64,000 bases of DNA from Monocercomonoides exilis PA203 (lineage: Eukaryota > Protista > Preaxostyla), in NCBI GenBank assembly GCA_001643675.2, contig LSRY02000054.1, positions 248,001 to 312,000 on the forward strand, read 5' to 3'. Of this stretch, positions 35,508 to 59,704 are shown in pieces. Position 1 is the first letter of the stretch. Every line of letters starts with the position of its first letter. Both the position numbers and the translations under genes were made by a program. The notes beneath the pieces are model-generated. The model worked only from the letters and a program-made list of their open reading frames with translations. It was not told the origin of the DNA and ran no database searches.

Positions 35508-36959
35508 ATGTCTTCACGCTCTAACGATATGTCGAAAGTTCAACATCGAAAGATATCTGCATCAGTTGAGTTTTATGGTTTGTTCATTATTATTTTATTT
35601 GAAAGGTTTAATGCTTCAGCCTTTTCCGATCATTGAAGATTTGTTAATCAAACTGGAGTGCTGCACTGAAAATAAACAGAAGATCATAATTCAAAAGATG
35701 AATAGTGCTTTGGAAGAAATGAATTCTCAAATATTTGAACGAGCAGTTACAGAAGAAACGTATAATTTCTTGGAAGAAATGATTGAAAAAAATATACTCT
35801 CAATGAAAAATGCAGTAACATTGGTGAAGCACATTGGATATTTAAAAAAAATAAAACTTTATTTGTTCTTGAAGCTTTAATGTTTCTTTATTGTTCAAAA
35901 GAATTGAAAAAATGATTAGAGAAAAAGAACATAAAGAAAAAGAAGATGAAGAAAAGTTGTTTGCAGATCTATGCGAATGTTATCATATTTTGTGTAATTT
36001 TTTTGACTGTGTACCAGAAGAAATAGTTGCAGTTAGTGTTCCTTGTCTTCTGAAAGTCGCGTTGAACAAAGGAGAGAGCGAAGAAGTCCAAAAAGAAGTG
36101 GAGATGGATTTGATGGCCATGAGCAATGTGGAGAAGTGGGAGGTCTGATGGATTTTGTATATATATTTTTTTATAATAATATATTTTATTTATTGCTTCA
36201 CGAATTGAAAATTAGAATGCAGAAGAAGAGCTTTATCTGGATGAGATTACAGAAATCATTCAATATCACGAAGAGCATCACAATCTCACGCAACTCGCCT
36301 ATCAGTCAGCTTGGCAGCTTTTGATAAAAAGATTTCAAATTGATGGAAGCTTGGAAGATGTGATTGTGGATGAGCTCCATTTGATGAAAGAGGCAACGAG
36401 AGAATTGGAGGAGTTGGCAAAACATGTGGATTGGGAGGGAGAGGCGAGATGGCTTGGGAAGATGACGGAAGTGCATGTGCCGAAACGATGGTTCAACATT
36501 CTGAATTCATATTTTGACTGTGTCGAGTGGAAAAGAGGAGATTGTTCAGATTTTGTTCAATTCATTGTTGAGCTGTGCAGAGTCAAAATGATGAATGATG
36601 CTGAAATGCTTCGAGCACTGTTGAATCTTATTGGAATCATGGTCGACAACACATCGATAGAAATTGAGAGCATTTTGAAAGGAGAAGCCATTGATTTTGC
36701 TTTGGAAGAGATTTGTCAGTCGACATTGGACAACAACATTGCAAGGAGTCGCATCATAATATTTTTGCATCTCGATAAAAGGCTGAGCAAAAAGAAAGAT
36801 TGTGAACACGAAGAAGCAGGGTTAACAGCGAAAAGAGAGATTAATGACAGATTTGAAGAAGAAGGATTCCAAGATGAAATCATCAGTTTGTCCAAAATCA
36901 CATTGGCACACTCCAATAAATTGCTGATTGAATTCAACGAGCATTATCCACTTTTCTGA
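35508..36959 (+). pseudogene. Member of a lineage-expanded helical-repeat hypothetical protein family, with an apparent frameshift
   Basis: Collinear ORFs with motifs LADLCECY-like, VPCLLKVALNKGESEEVQKEVEM, ELYLDEITEIIQYHEEHHNLTQLAYQSAW and FEEEGFQD. Intron at about 36143..36216. Frameshift near the A-run at about 35843-35880. Confidence 0.65.
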
Positions 36960-37472
36960 ACTTCAAAAAAGCATGTTTCACATCCCTTCAAAAGTTTTTT
37001 CTCAGTTCATTGCATTTCACTTTTCAACAATGATCGATTGCCATTCAAAAACGAATATTACTCAGTTGTGATTGGGAAAGAAAGCGAGTGAGAAACACAA
37101 TGTGCTCATGATATTGAACTTATTTTTTGGTTTATTCGATTCTTGGAATCAAGAGAACAATTTCATTTCAGATATTATTTTCAAAAAGGATAAATCAGAA
37201 TTGACTAATGATACATGTTGAAAGGAATATGAATCATTCAAAAAACTGAAAAAGAAAAGAAATTAGAAGAGAGATGAAAAGAAAAAGATAACTAAAAACT
37301 TTTAAATCATTTGAAAATTATATTTGCTATTTGAAATATCATTTATGAAAGTCTTTCATTAGAAAAATACCATTATAAATCAATTTTCCAAAAACCCATA
37401 TTTATTTTTTGAGAAAAACAAAAAAAGAAAACTGCATTTTGTTGTTGTTGCTGATTCGAAACAGAAGAGCAA

Positions 37473-40400
37473 ATGAGATTCTTGAAGCCAATTCATTGTT
37501 TTGCAATTTTGCATTTGGCTTCATTTCTTTGTTGCATTGAAGATGATCAGCTAATAGTGACAAATGACGATTTTGCTTTCCTTGAAGACAAAAAGTTGAA
37601 TGCAAGTTATAAAGGTGAGTTTTTTGCTATCAATATTGTTTCGATTTGTTGTTTTGTTTTTCTGACGTTTTCATCCATTGTCCTCAGATCGTTTCGAAAT
37701 CGGATTCAAAAACGCTCTTCTCATACATTTTGCTCAAAGCAATTCCTCGTTGGAAATATCATGTTCAGGACTTTATCAGTGTTCAAACAGTCCAATTTTC
37801 ATTTGCAGGCATTCATCGGTGATTGCTATTGTCCGTTGTTCAGTTCGTTTTCAGGCATTTTCGTCATCGTGCCCAATCTCTTTGGCAGAAAGCACAGCTT
37901 CTTTGTCCAACATTAGCCTTTGCTGCGATTCACCAACATTTGTTGTTCCCCCTTTGCTGGAATCCTCCCCAACTTCACAATTTGCCTGCTGCGGATTGTT
38001 GACAATGTCGCATTGTTCGTTTTCCTCGATGATGATTTCGTCTTCGCCATTTCTTTTTTCTGGAGCAGTGTCCCACGTTTCTGCCATTCATTCCGCTTTT
38101 GAGAACATTTCATATTTCAAATCAGAGGGACCATCTCGAAATCGTTTCACGGCATCAACAGCTCATCATTACACAACAATCCACAGCTGCTCGTTTTTTT
38201 CAGTCAATGACGTGTATGATGGTGGACTGTTTCAATCCATAAATTGCCCTTGCTCATCTTTGTCTTCGTTGAACAGCACTTTTCTATCATGTAATCGTTC
38301 GTCCAACACTCGTTATGCTGGAACAGAAGAAAACCCATTATCTCTAGAAAGGATTTGTGTTGATGCAGAAGAAGAGCATTTGTTTGTTTGGTGTGAATGG
38401 AAAAATGCATTTCCAAGTGCTGGTGGCGGAGCAATGAGCTTTGGAAATCTTGATGTATCTGCTAATATATCTCATTGCTTTTTTGAAAACCTGAATGTTA
38501 TTAAGGATGGGCAAAATAATCATGGAGGGGCTATTTACATTTATCATGTATCAGACATTTGCATTTGTGCATCGAACTTCAGCAAGTGTTTTGCCAGTCA
38601 TGGAGGAGCTATTTGTAGTGTTGATCACTCAAAATGCGAACGATATATTGATCTTATGTTTGATAATTGCTTTATTTCTTGCCAGCTTGGAATGGTGTGC
38701 TACTTGCGACCAAAAGGTCTTCAGTCTTCAGGAGCCTTCGTTATTTCAAACAATCACTTTGTGAAAAATTCAGCTGCATGTTCCACTGGTTGCATCTATT
38801 TTAATTTCCCTCTTCCGAGTGTTAATCTTTTATCACTTTTGATCACTGAAAACATATTTCTATTTAACACTATGCAAGGAACAGATATAAGTTCAATTCT
38901 ATATGGAGGAACAGGAATGAATTTCGACGGTCTTTCCGAGCAAGCAGTTAGAACTTCGTTCATCAGATTCTGTTTTTTCCATAAAAACAAAGCAAATAAT
39001 GGAATGGGAAATGATGTGAGAATAAATGGAGATGGAGTGACTTCAAATCCATTTTTTGAGTCATATTCAACAACAACAGAAAAGCGGGTGTGGTTCAAAG
39101 GCACTTCAGATAGCGATGAATACAATGGATGGCTTCCAGTGGGGATATTGCTTCTGACTCGATATGTTCATCAAAATGGAAATGATATGGATGAGCTTTG
39201 TGGAATGAACGAAACAACACCCTGTAGAACAATTGAACATGTTTTTGGAAATTTGAGAAACGATGTTGAATGCAAAGTGTTTTTGCTTGAATCATCCTTT
39301 GCTCCTTCTTCAGCACTCTCCATCAGCAGCCAGAAAGTCAAAGTGATTGGAAACGGAACAAACAAATCAGTCATAAGTACAAGCATGTTGTCAAGCTCAG
39401 TGATGCTATTCACAATCAATTCTGGTAATTTGCGAATCTTCTCATTGACGATTGACCACAACACAGAATCAGAGACTGTTGGATTATTTTCCATTTCTGA
39501 CCCAGCTGGAGCGGTTCACTTGAAGCACCTCCTTATCACTTCAACAAGGACACAGACTTTATGTTTTTGTAATCCATTGTTTGATATTGGCTCAGGAAGC
39601 ATTTCAATTGAATCATGCAAGTTTTCGGATTTCAGAATCAATACTCAACTGATAAAGGCTCCAATATCGTCATTTTCTGAAATATCAAACACAAACTTCA
39701 CAGAAATCATTCGAAGCTCAGGAAATGGAGGAGTGATTGAGTGTAACGTTTCAAATAGAGAGGTATTGACGTTGAACAACATTTCGTTTGATAAGTGCAA
39801 GTGTGAAAGTGGAAATGGAGGGTGCCTTTCCATTTTGATGCAAGTCGAATCAAAAGCGAGACTTGGAGAAATTGATTCGCTGACTTTTACTGATTGCAAT
39901 GCACAGGGAACAGGTAACAACGGATTTGGAGGTGCAATTTTTCTGAAATTGGAAAACTCAGCCAGTCATTTTGTTTTTGACAAGGTGGCATTCATCAACT
40001 GTCATGCTTCACAGTTCGGCAACAACATTTTTATTGAAGCAGCGAACTTGAGCCAAGTGATCAATGCAGAGCGGTTGAAGTTCAGCCCTCAACTGAATGT
40101 GCTCACTGATCTGTGTGGATATGAAAATGGTGATCGTTCGTTTGCGATTCCTCTTGTGCTTTATCTCCAGAGCAAGCCGAGCGAGTTTTATGTTGGAAAT
40201 GCGAACAAACGAGATTGGTATATGTGTGGATTTGCTGACGAGCAGTGCTCAACCGTGGATTATGTGTTCCTGCAGCACAAAACATCAAGTGGAGTGTCAA
40301 TTGCTGTTGATGGAAGTTCCACCCTTTCACGAGAGATATCTCTGTCTGAAGGCACCACAAGTGTTCGAGGGATAAGAGCCCAGACACAGCTCATCATTAA

Positions 40401-43400
40401 GGACAATTCGACAACAAATCAAGATGGGATGATTATCAGCAGAGCAACAACTTCTTTTTTGAGCATCCAGTTTTATCTGCCAAGCTCACTCTCTGGAAGG
40501 GAAGCACTGTTTCTGGTGCAGTCAGGATCTTTCTCATGTGAGCAGTGCGTGCTGATGCTGACTTCGAGCACAACATTGTCTTATGGATTTATTATCAGCA
40601 CTGGTGGAACAAGCATGGTGAAGTCGCTTATGGTGAAAGGATTCACATTAACAGAAGCCCCGCTGATGATTTCACACACGAACGGGTTGCTGAACATTGA
40701 GCTGTGCAACATTTCGAATACAACTGCCACATCCGAAGAAGGAATTATAAAATGTTCAAACGGAGGTTCGCTCACTCTTCAGAATTCAACAATGGAAGGA
40801 ATTGTGTGCAGCAGCAAGGCAGCTATCTCGATTGAAAATGGGAAAACAGTGAAAGTAGAAAAAACCAATCTGAAATCAATCGAGCTTGCAAATGGAAATG
40901 GAAGTGCAATGAATATCGTCATTGATACTGACAATATTGTTGAGATTTGTGAATCAACGTTTAATGATTGTTTGGCTCACTCGGGTTGTGGAGGAGGGAT
41001 ATATGCTTCGTTTGCTGGAAGTGGAAAGCTGAGCGTCGGGAAAGAAGGAACACTCACATCATTTGCAAAGTGCGGAGCAAGTGATACAAGAACTCAATGC
41101 GGATATGGTGGTGGGCTGTTTGTGAAGGATTCTGGTCAGTTCAATGATTATTCGATTTCTTCAGTCAGCTTTGCGAGCAGTGTTGAAAGAAACCATGCAG
41201 CGAATGGAGGAAACAACGTGTTTTTTGATGAAACGAATTTGGCAGATTTGATGAATTCAGGAAAAGTGGATGTGACGATCTCGACAAACACAGCAGAATA
41301 CAGTGATGCAATGGGCTTCGAAAATGGGGATGAGGATTATGCAATTCCACTGGCTCTGTATTTCATTGCTCCATTTCCTCTGCCAGCGGTCGTTGGAGGA
41401 AACAACAAGAGAGATTTCAGTGGATGTGGCCACTCTGGCTATCCTTGCTCAACAATCGCATTCGCAGCCAATCTTCGTTTTTCCTCGTTGGACAAAGCCA
41501 TCTTGCTTGATCCAACATTTATTTGGAGCGAAGAGACAGTGATGAGTGCTGGTGAATGGAAGGTGAAATGTGTCGAAAAGAAAACAAAAATTGTTGTTTC
41601 TCCACCACCTCCAACAGATTCGACTTCTTTAATAGTTGTGACTCAGCCGGCCACAATAATAAACATCTCTTTTGTTTTGCCATTATCGCTCAACTCCAGA
41701 ACAGTTTTAATTCAATGTGATGGAAATCGTTTTAATTTTGTTAATTGCTCTTTTTCTGGAAATGAACTGAACACACTTTCATATTCGCTGATTTCTGCAA
41801 ATGGAGGAACATTTGAGCTGATTCGCTGTACAATTGAAAATATGATGTTTGATTTCACACCCATTTCTGCATCTTCGTCTTCGGCTATAATTGAAGCATG
41901 CAATATTTCTGTGGCCAAAACAGAGAATGGGGCAGAAGGCGGAGCACTTCGAATCACGTTGAAAGCAGAGCAGCAATTGATGATCAACAAAACAATAGGA
42001 AAAAATTGTGAATGCTCACAGACAATTGGAAAAGGTGGATTTCTTTATGTTGACTGCTCGGATTCAGAAAGAAGTGCTCCTTTTGTTTTTGAGGCAGTTG
42101 TGTTGGAAGGCAATAAGGCAAAAATAGGGGATCATCTTTTCATTTTGTCGAATGATTTGAACACGACTGTGAAATCATCTTCATTCATGTTTGATTATTC
42201 TTCAATGGAAAATTCATCAAATCTGTTTGTGGGGAGTGACGATACAATCAACAACACCAACCTTTTCAGATTTCTTGTGGGTTATTCGAATTCTCAGATT
42301 CATGTCTCTTCACTTGGCTTTGATGTGAAGAGATGTGGAAGTGCAGATGATCCGTGCTTTTCTTTCTGGAAAGGGATGCAACAGATTGATCGGAGCGAGA
42401 CAAAAAAGGAGATGATTATTCACAACAAGACAGTTTTGAAGGAAAGCTTTGTTCTTTCAGACTTCAAGATATGCTCTGGAACAGCATCTGAAGTGGAAGC
42501 AAGCCATTCGACGTTGGCCGTGAGAAAAGAAGAGCAAGCTGAAGGCAAAGGATTGATTCGAAACAATAAGTCTCTGACATTTTCGTGGATAATACTTTCG
42601 GTGGAGTTTGTTTGTGAAAATGGAGAAGAAATCATTGTGAAAAACGAAGATGGAACTTTGTCTTTTAAAGAGTGCTGGTTTTCTTCAACAAACTCGGACA
42701 ATGCAGCACAAAACCACTTGTTTGTGGAGATGGTGAAAGGAGAGCTGAATGCTGATAATCTGATGGTGGAGAGGATCAACACGAAACAAGGAATAGTCGA
42801 TGTGTCTGATGGATGTGAATGCAGCATGAACAAACTGAGCATTCTTTCATCTACAATCGAGAGCGGAAGTGTGATTAATGTGAAGGATTCAGATGAATTC
42901 AACAGAGAAAATGCAAACACCGTGATCAATATCAATGAATCAACCTTCTTTTCGGTTTCAAGGGCTGACGATGGATCGTGTGTGTGCAAGAGTGATTGCA
43001 GCGCTGGTGTCGAAATGGTTGTGAGAAATTCGTCGGTTGAGTCGTGCAAAGCACTCTCTTCTGAGGAAGGGGGAGCCTTCTTCTTTTTGCTGAGCTCTGA
43101 TGGCTTATTGAGAGTGGAAGAGACACGAATAGCTCAATGCTCATGCTCGGTCTCAAGCGGAAGAGGAGGTGGAGGATATTTGAAATGTGTGGAACGAGGA
43201 GAATTGCTGTTTCTGTTCAAAAATGTGACGTTTTCAGGAAACGAGGCATTTGTGGGAAGAGATATTTTCGTTGAATGCACAAACATCTCGAACCAAATCA
43301 ACGAGACACAGTTTGTGATGGATTTGAGGGCAGACTCTTATATTCGCCTGAATGCGATATTTGGGATTGATCCGACACTCTCTGAGCCAGTTGATCTGAT

Positions 43401-46338
43401 GGATCTGATTACGATATACCAGTCAGCCACGATTGTGCTTTCAAATGTTTTTGGGAAAGGAGGAGCAAATGATCGGCAGTGCGGAACGAACACTCGTCCT
43501 TGCCTATCTGTTGGATATGGTATTGGCCACCTTGTGGGAGATTTCCTGAGGATTGTGGCCATTGATGAGCAAAGTGAGATTGAGAAGGAAATTGAGATAA
43601 ATGATTTCACCATCCAATCGAAGAGCTTCACAAAAGCCAAGCTGGTTGTTTTATCAGACATTCCTGCTGTTGGCCCAGCATTGATTAAAGCTGCAGGAAG
43701 AAATCGCCTGGAATCAGTTGAGTTCCAATTTGCTGAATCGTTTTCATCAAATCATGATATTATTCTGGAAATTGATGAAGGCAGCATGTTGGTCTCTGAT
43801 GTTGCATTCAAACCAGAGAATGTCAATTCAAAAGCTTCTTTGAATGAGCTTGTCCGGATGGAAGGTGGAATGTTGTTGCTCAGCCAAGTTTCAGTCGTGA
43901 GAATTGATGCAACGACTTTGTGCACATTCAAAAGTGGAACATGTCAATTCCGTTCAGTTATTGTTGAGAATGTGAAATCTTTTCGAGATTTGTTTGTTGT
44001 TTTGAACGAAGATGTCTCGATGAAGGAAGTGACAATCAGCAACACGAACAGTCAGATGAGCATCATCAGTTTGGATGGAGCAGAGAACAAAGCGCACAAT
44101 ATTGATATGAAAGCTGTGCTGTCTGAATGTGTTGTTTCGAATGTTTCATGCACAGGAGATTATCTTCTTGTTTTTATCAGCAACAGAAGAAATGTGGATT
44201 TGTCGAATTGTGAAATGCACAACTCTTCATCAAGAATCGAGAAAGGAAAGATGATTTGCTTTCTTTTTTGTGAAGATGTCCTTGTTGATTCGTGCATCTT
44301 TGATGGCGATTCTGAAAATTCAAAAGAGAATCGCCTTTTTGAGAATAAATCAGAAGTTTGCAGATGGAATGGATCTTTTGTAGATGTTGTGAAGAGTTCT
44401 GTGATGATGAAAGATACAACAATCTCTAATTCACCAGAAGGTGGAATATCAATGAGAAGAGGAAATGTGAATATTGAGATGGGAATGTTTGCAAACAACA
44501 ATCCTTTCATAGAAAAATATCCATCACTTCGAAGAAATATCATTTGCTCAGATTCTGCTTCATTGACCATTTCGAGTTTGAAAGGAGGAGATGGATTGAT
44601 GCCTTATTCTTCTCTTTGGATTCAGAATGATGGATGCACACTTGGAGGGATAGCCGCAGAAAGGCTATCGCCTTTTTTCATTCCCAGACTGGAAGATGTT
44701 TCTATGAATAAAAATGGAAGCAATACTTTTATCAAATTCAAGGGATCTCTGTTTGTGCCATGTGACTTGTCATTCAGATTGATATTCAAAACAGGAGATG
44801 TGGAGTTGGTTGAGACATATCATTTTGACGAAGACAGTTTCATATCAGAAACAGAAGTTATTGGAACAATTCCATCAGAAAACATTTCAACGATTGCAGA
44901 TGATACAGAGGTGTCAGTGATGATTCTATTTGGGAAGCAATTGGCCGCAACAAGCCCACAGATTGTGAAAAACAAAACAGAATCAAATGTCAAAGGAGAT
45001 GAAAGGATTGTTGAAGGAGGAAAAGAAGGGAAATCTTATTGGTTGTTGATTGTGATTGTGCTTGTTGTGGTATTATTGATTGTTCTGATCGTTTCTGTTA
45101 TTCTTGCAGTCAGATGGAGAAAGGCAAAGAACGAGAACAAAGATCTGAGAGAGATTGTGAATGACAACATCAGAAAGGATCCGAAGGCATTTGAGATGGT
45201 GACGATGGAGATGTCACCAGAGGAGCAGTGGAGAAGAGCTGAGAGGGAGGCAGAGAAAAAGAATGAGGAGAGGATAAAGAAGAGGGTGTATGACACGAAT
45301 ATGCAACATTCGGAGTCATCAGAGCATCTTCTATCTGAGAGTGGCTCCACTGAATACATATTAGGAAAAGATTCAGACAAGATCCCAGAATGGATGCTGG
45401 AGAAAGTTGAGGAAGAAGAGATAAGGAAGAGAACACCATCTCCATCTGTCTCATCCACTTCAACAACTGATTCAGATTCAACATTTGTTCGTGGGGAGGA
45501 CCTATGCCCAACCACCTCATCGATGTCGAATCTTGTGGATGCGATGGCATGTTCATCACCTCATGAAAAGCTGATTGTGGATCTGAGGGATTCGCTGTTC
45601 ATGCTGCTTCATGGAAGGAATAAGACAAAAGAGATGCCAATTGGTTCATTGAAGGAAAGAGAACAAACAGCTGCCCAGATCCTGTTCTGGGTAGCTAATC
45701 TCGCCCTTCATTCATTTGATGAAATGGACAATCCTCTTCAGTCACTTGCCAATCTCAGTCCCCACATAGTTTTGTTCTCCGAACACATGGTGATATGCAT
45801 TGTGATGCATTCAGACTTATTGTCAGATGATTCTGATTCATCATCAATCTCTTCATCAACCGTTGTGACATCTGCAAGTGTGGATGATGATGAAAGTGAC
45901 TCTCTTCCCTCATCAGCATTTGAGGATGAAGATAGCTTCAAAAAAGAGTGCTTGAGATGGAAGGCACCAGAGCTTCTGATCAATAAGAAGATGGAAGCAA
46001 CGAAGGAATCGGTCTCGTTCTCGACCGGGATGATGTTGTGGGAGTGCTTGACCCTTCAAATCCCATTTGGAGAATATGAAGCTGTGACAGCTGGGCAGAA
46101 GATTGTAAATGGCGAAAGGCCAGACTTGAGCAAAGTTGAGGGATCTCGTTTGAAATCGATGGCGAAACAGTGTTTGTCATCGAATGTTGGGGATAGACTG
46201 TCACTTGCGAATATGAAGCGTATCCTTATGGAATTGTTTCCTGAAGGCGCAGCAGTTCTGACGATGACTGATGCAATTGGTATTGAGGCAGGATCAGAAA
46301 ACGAGAGCAGAGGGTTTGAGGACACAAGCGTGTTTTAA
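37473..46338 (+). CDS. Giant type-I membrane receptor-like protein B, paralog of A
   Basis: Exon 1 37473..37614 encodes the signal peptide MRFLKPIHCFAILHLASFLCC. A phase-1 intron gtgagt..cag 37615..37687 joins it in frame to the 2886-aa ORF. Contains GGAI/GGAM motifs, five CG-x-(P/Q)C modules, TM WLLIVIVLVVVLLIVLIVSVILAV and the same kinase-like tail. Confidence 0.92.
45233..46112. repeat. 880-bp inverted repeat arm, apparently identical to 20409..21288
   Basis: See partner arm. Identity stops abruptly at ...gtaaatgg(c/a)gaaaggcc and at ...tgg(a/c)gaagagct. Confidence 0.9.
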
Positions 46339-47467
46339 AAACAAAGAATACTAAACATATGGAAAGTGATCATCCTGTGCTGAACAGACAGAACAAAGGA
46401 GAGAATATTGAAACAAGAAAGTGAAGGAAGCACTGTTCTCACAAGAAATTAAAGACTGATGAATTCGAAGTCCATTTATTGTGTCATCAACCTGCACTTA
46501 TTATTCAATATTTTTTTTGGAAACACTAACAATATTCATTCACTTGTTTTTCTTCTTCTTCTTGTAATGTCATAGCACATCAAATTTTTTGTTTGTGCGT
46601 CAATGTTAACGTTTTCTGAGACGCTCTCCCCAGAAGAACGCCAGAAATGTTAACCAAGAAAGAGAATGCATGATCACTTTTTCTAGATAAATAAAAGTTA
46701 ATAAAAGCGGAACATTTTGTCGGTCTGGAGTATTTGATAGAATTTTTGCTTTTTAAACAGAAAAAATTCTATTCAATACCAATGAAGAAATTGATATGAT
46801 CGCTCGAATAAAGCAAAACCTCAGACATCAACTTTTTGAATATTTATCAAATATTGCATTATGTGATGAATTAAAAAGTTACACTTATTTCGTGAACAAA
46901 TTTTCTCATTGAAAGATTTAAAGAAAAGTCGTGTTGATTGACATTAGGATTTATTTTTAAAATAAAAAGAATATATATTTTTATTTTTATTTGTTTCAGC
47001 ATTTCTTCAAAAATATGTTCTTCAATTTGAGGCATCATTCTGTATAAATTGGTTTATATTTATAATTTATAAATTTTTTGATAATTTTTTAATCTTGAAA
47101 AAAACACAATTCAAAAAGTGAACTTTCAAAATTTTTGAATTTTTCTTGTTTCAAAATTTTTGTCAGTTCTTCTTTATTTTTCTTTTATATCGACTATTGT
47201 GATTTTTGCTTAATATTTTTTAATGAGATTCAACTCAAATATTATTATTTTTTGATCATGAATTTTTTTTTGAAAACAAAAAAAGGGGATTTTGAGGTGT
47301 GTTGCGCTTCTGCTTGCTAATTCTTATGTTTTTATGCAAATACTATTTGAAATTATTTCTAAAGAATTTTATAGAATTATAATTTACTCATTTTCAAGTG
47401 AAAATTACCAATTTCGAATTACATTCGACCTGTTCATTGTTAATAAGATATTATAACAACGCTAATA

Positions 47468-58625
<11,158 letters not shown>

Positions 58626-58961
58626 TAAATAAATATTAAAAAAAAATATTAGTGTTTGTGTGTTTTTTGTTTTGTTGTATACAAAAGAAAAACAAAAAGG
58701 TCAAATGAAGTATTTATGCAAAATATCATAAAACATTTGTATTACCTTGAAATACAAAAACGAAAAAAGAAAAATGAATAAAGATGTAATACAGATCAAT
58801 AAAAAATTCGCTGCAAAAATACTTTAAATCAGGTTGATAAAGATTGTGAACAAAATAAGAAAATGAGTGAAAGAAAAATTCAACTGAAAGCAAGATAAAT
58901 TCTCTCTGATAATGGAAATATTAAAATAAGATAATTACATTTTCTTTCCTTTTCTAAGCCT

Positions 58962-59455
58962 TCAGCTTAAAAACTTTCTTCTTGCGCAACAAAGGGAGAC
59001 AGATTGATATATCGGGATTATAAGTATGCACGAACCAAAAACAACTGCTCCTATTCCCCATTGATCATGCAATTGCAAAAGCATCCAACAACTTGAGCAC
59101 AAAGGAAATCAAGAAAAATATGGAAAATATTTTTTAAATAACAAATAACAATAAAAAAGACACACCCAAGTCCCAGAACTGATAAGGAAATTAAACAAAG
59201 CACAACTATTAAAACAACGTTCCAGAATGAACATGATGGAGCCATGCTTTTCAAAAGGGTTTCCGGGACATTTGTTCCATTATCCTGACGTAAAATATCA
59301 TTTACTGTCATGTCTACAATTTTTGTGGAGTGCATCTCATTTGAATGAATTTCACTGTTGTTTTTTGTTTCTTCTTTCGTAGTTTCTGAAGGAAGAATAA
59401 TTGGCTTTGGGCGTAAATGTTCTATTTTTATTGAGTGCAACTCTTGTGCGCTCAT
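58962..59455 (-). CDS. Small two-TM protein, TMEM230/TMEM134-like
   Basis: ATG at 59455. Intron 59165..59092 (GT..AG) gives ...VVLIVVLCLISLSVLGLG-CWMLLQLHDQWGIGAVVFGSCILIIPIYQSVSLCCARRKFLS*, i.e. two C-terminal TM helices with a PxY motif. Confidence 0.55.
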
Positions 59456-59704
59456 AAATTTGAGGACCTTCAAATGGTTACAATATCCAAAATCAAAAAC
59501 TTAAACTCTTAACGGAAATTATAAGTAGATCAAAATAAGTATAATAACTTCGAAAATGAACTTTAAACATAATTAATCTAAAATACTGAAAAATTAAACA
59601 AGATAAGTTGATTTATCAAAAAATAAAAATGACAAATCTAAATCGTGAAAATTGAAGCGAAAAAATCAAAACTATTTCAAAAAAATATTTGTAAATTGTA
59701 ATGT

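Noticed and set aside
46595-46655. Small hairpin gttaacgttttctg...cagaaatgttaac
   Set aside because: Short and imperfect, with no tRNA or snoRNA hallmarks.
47230-47440. Possible SH3-like upstream exons of the DOCK gene (KKGDF, PISNYIRP)
   Set aside because: Could not build a consistent in-frame splice model.
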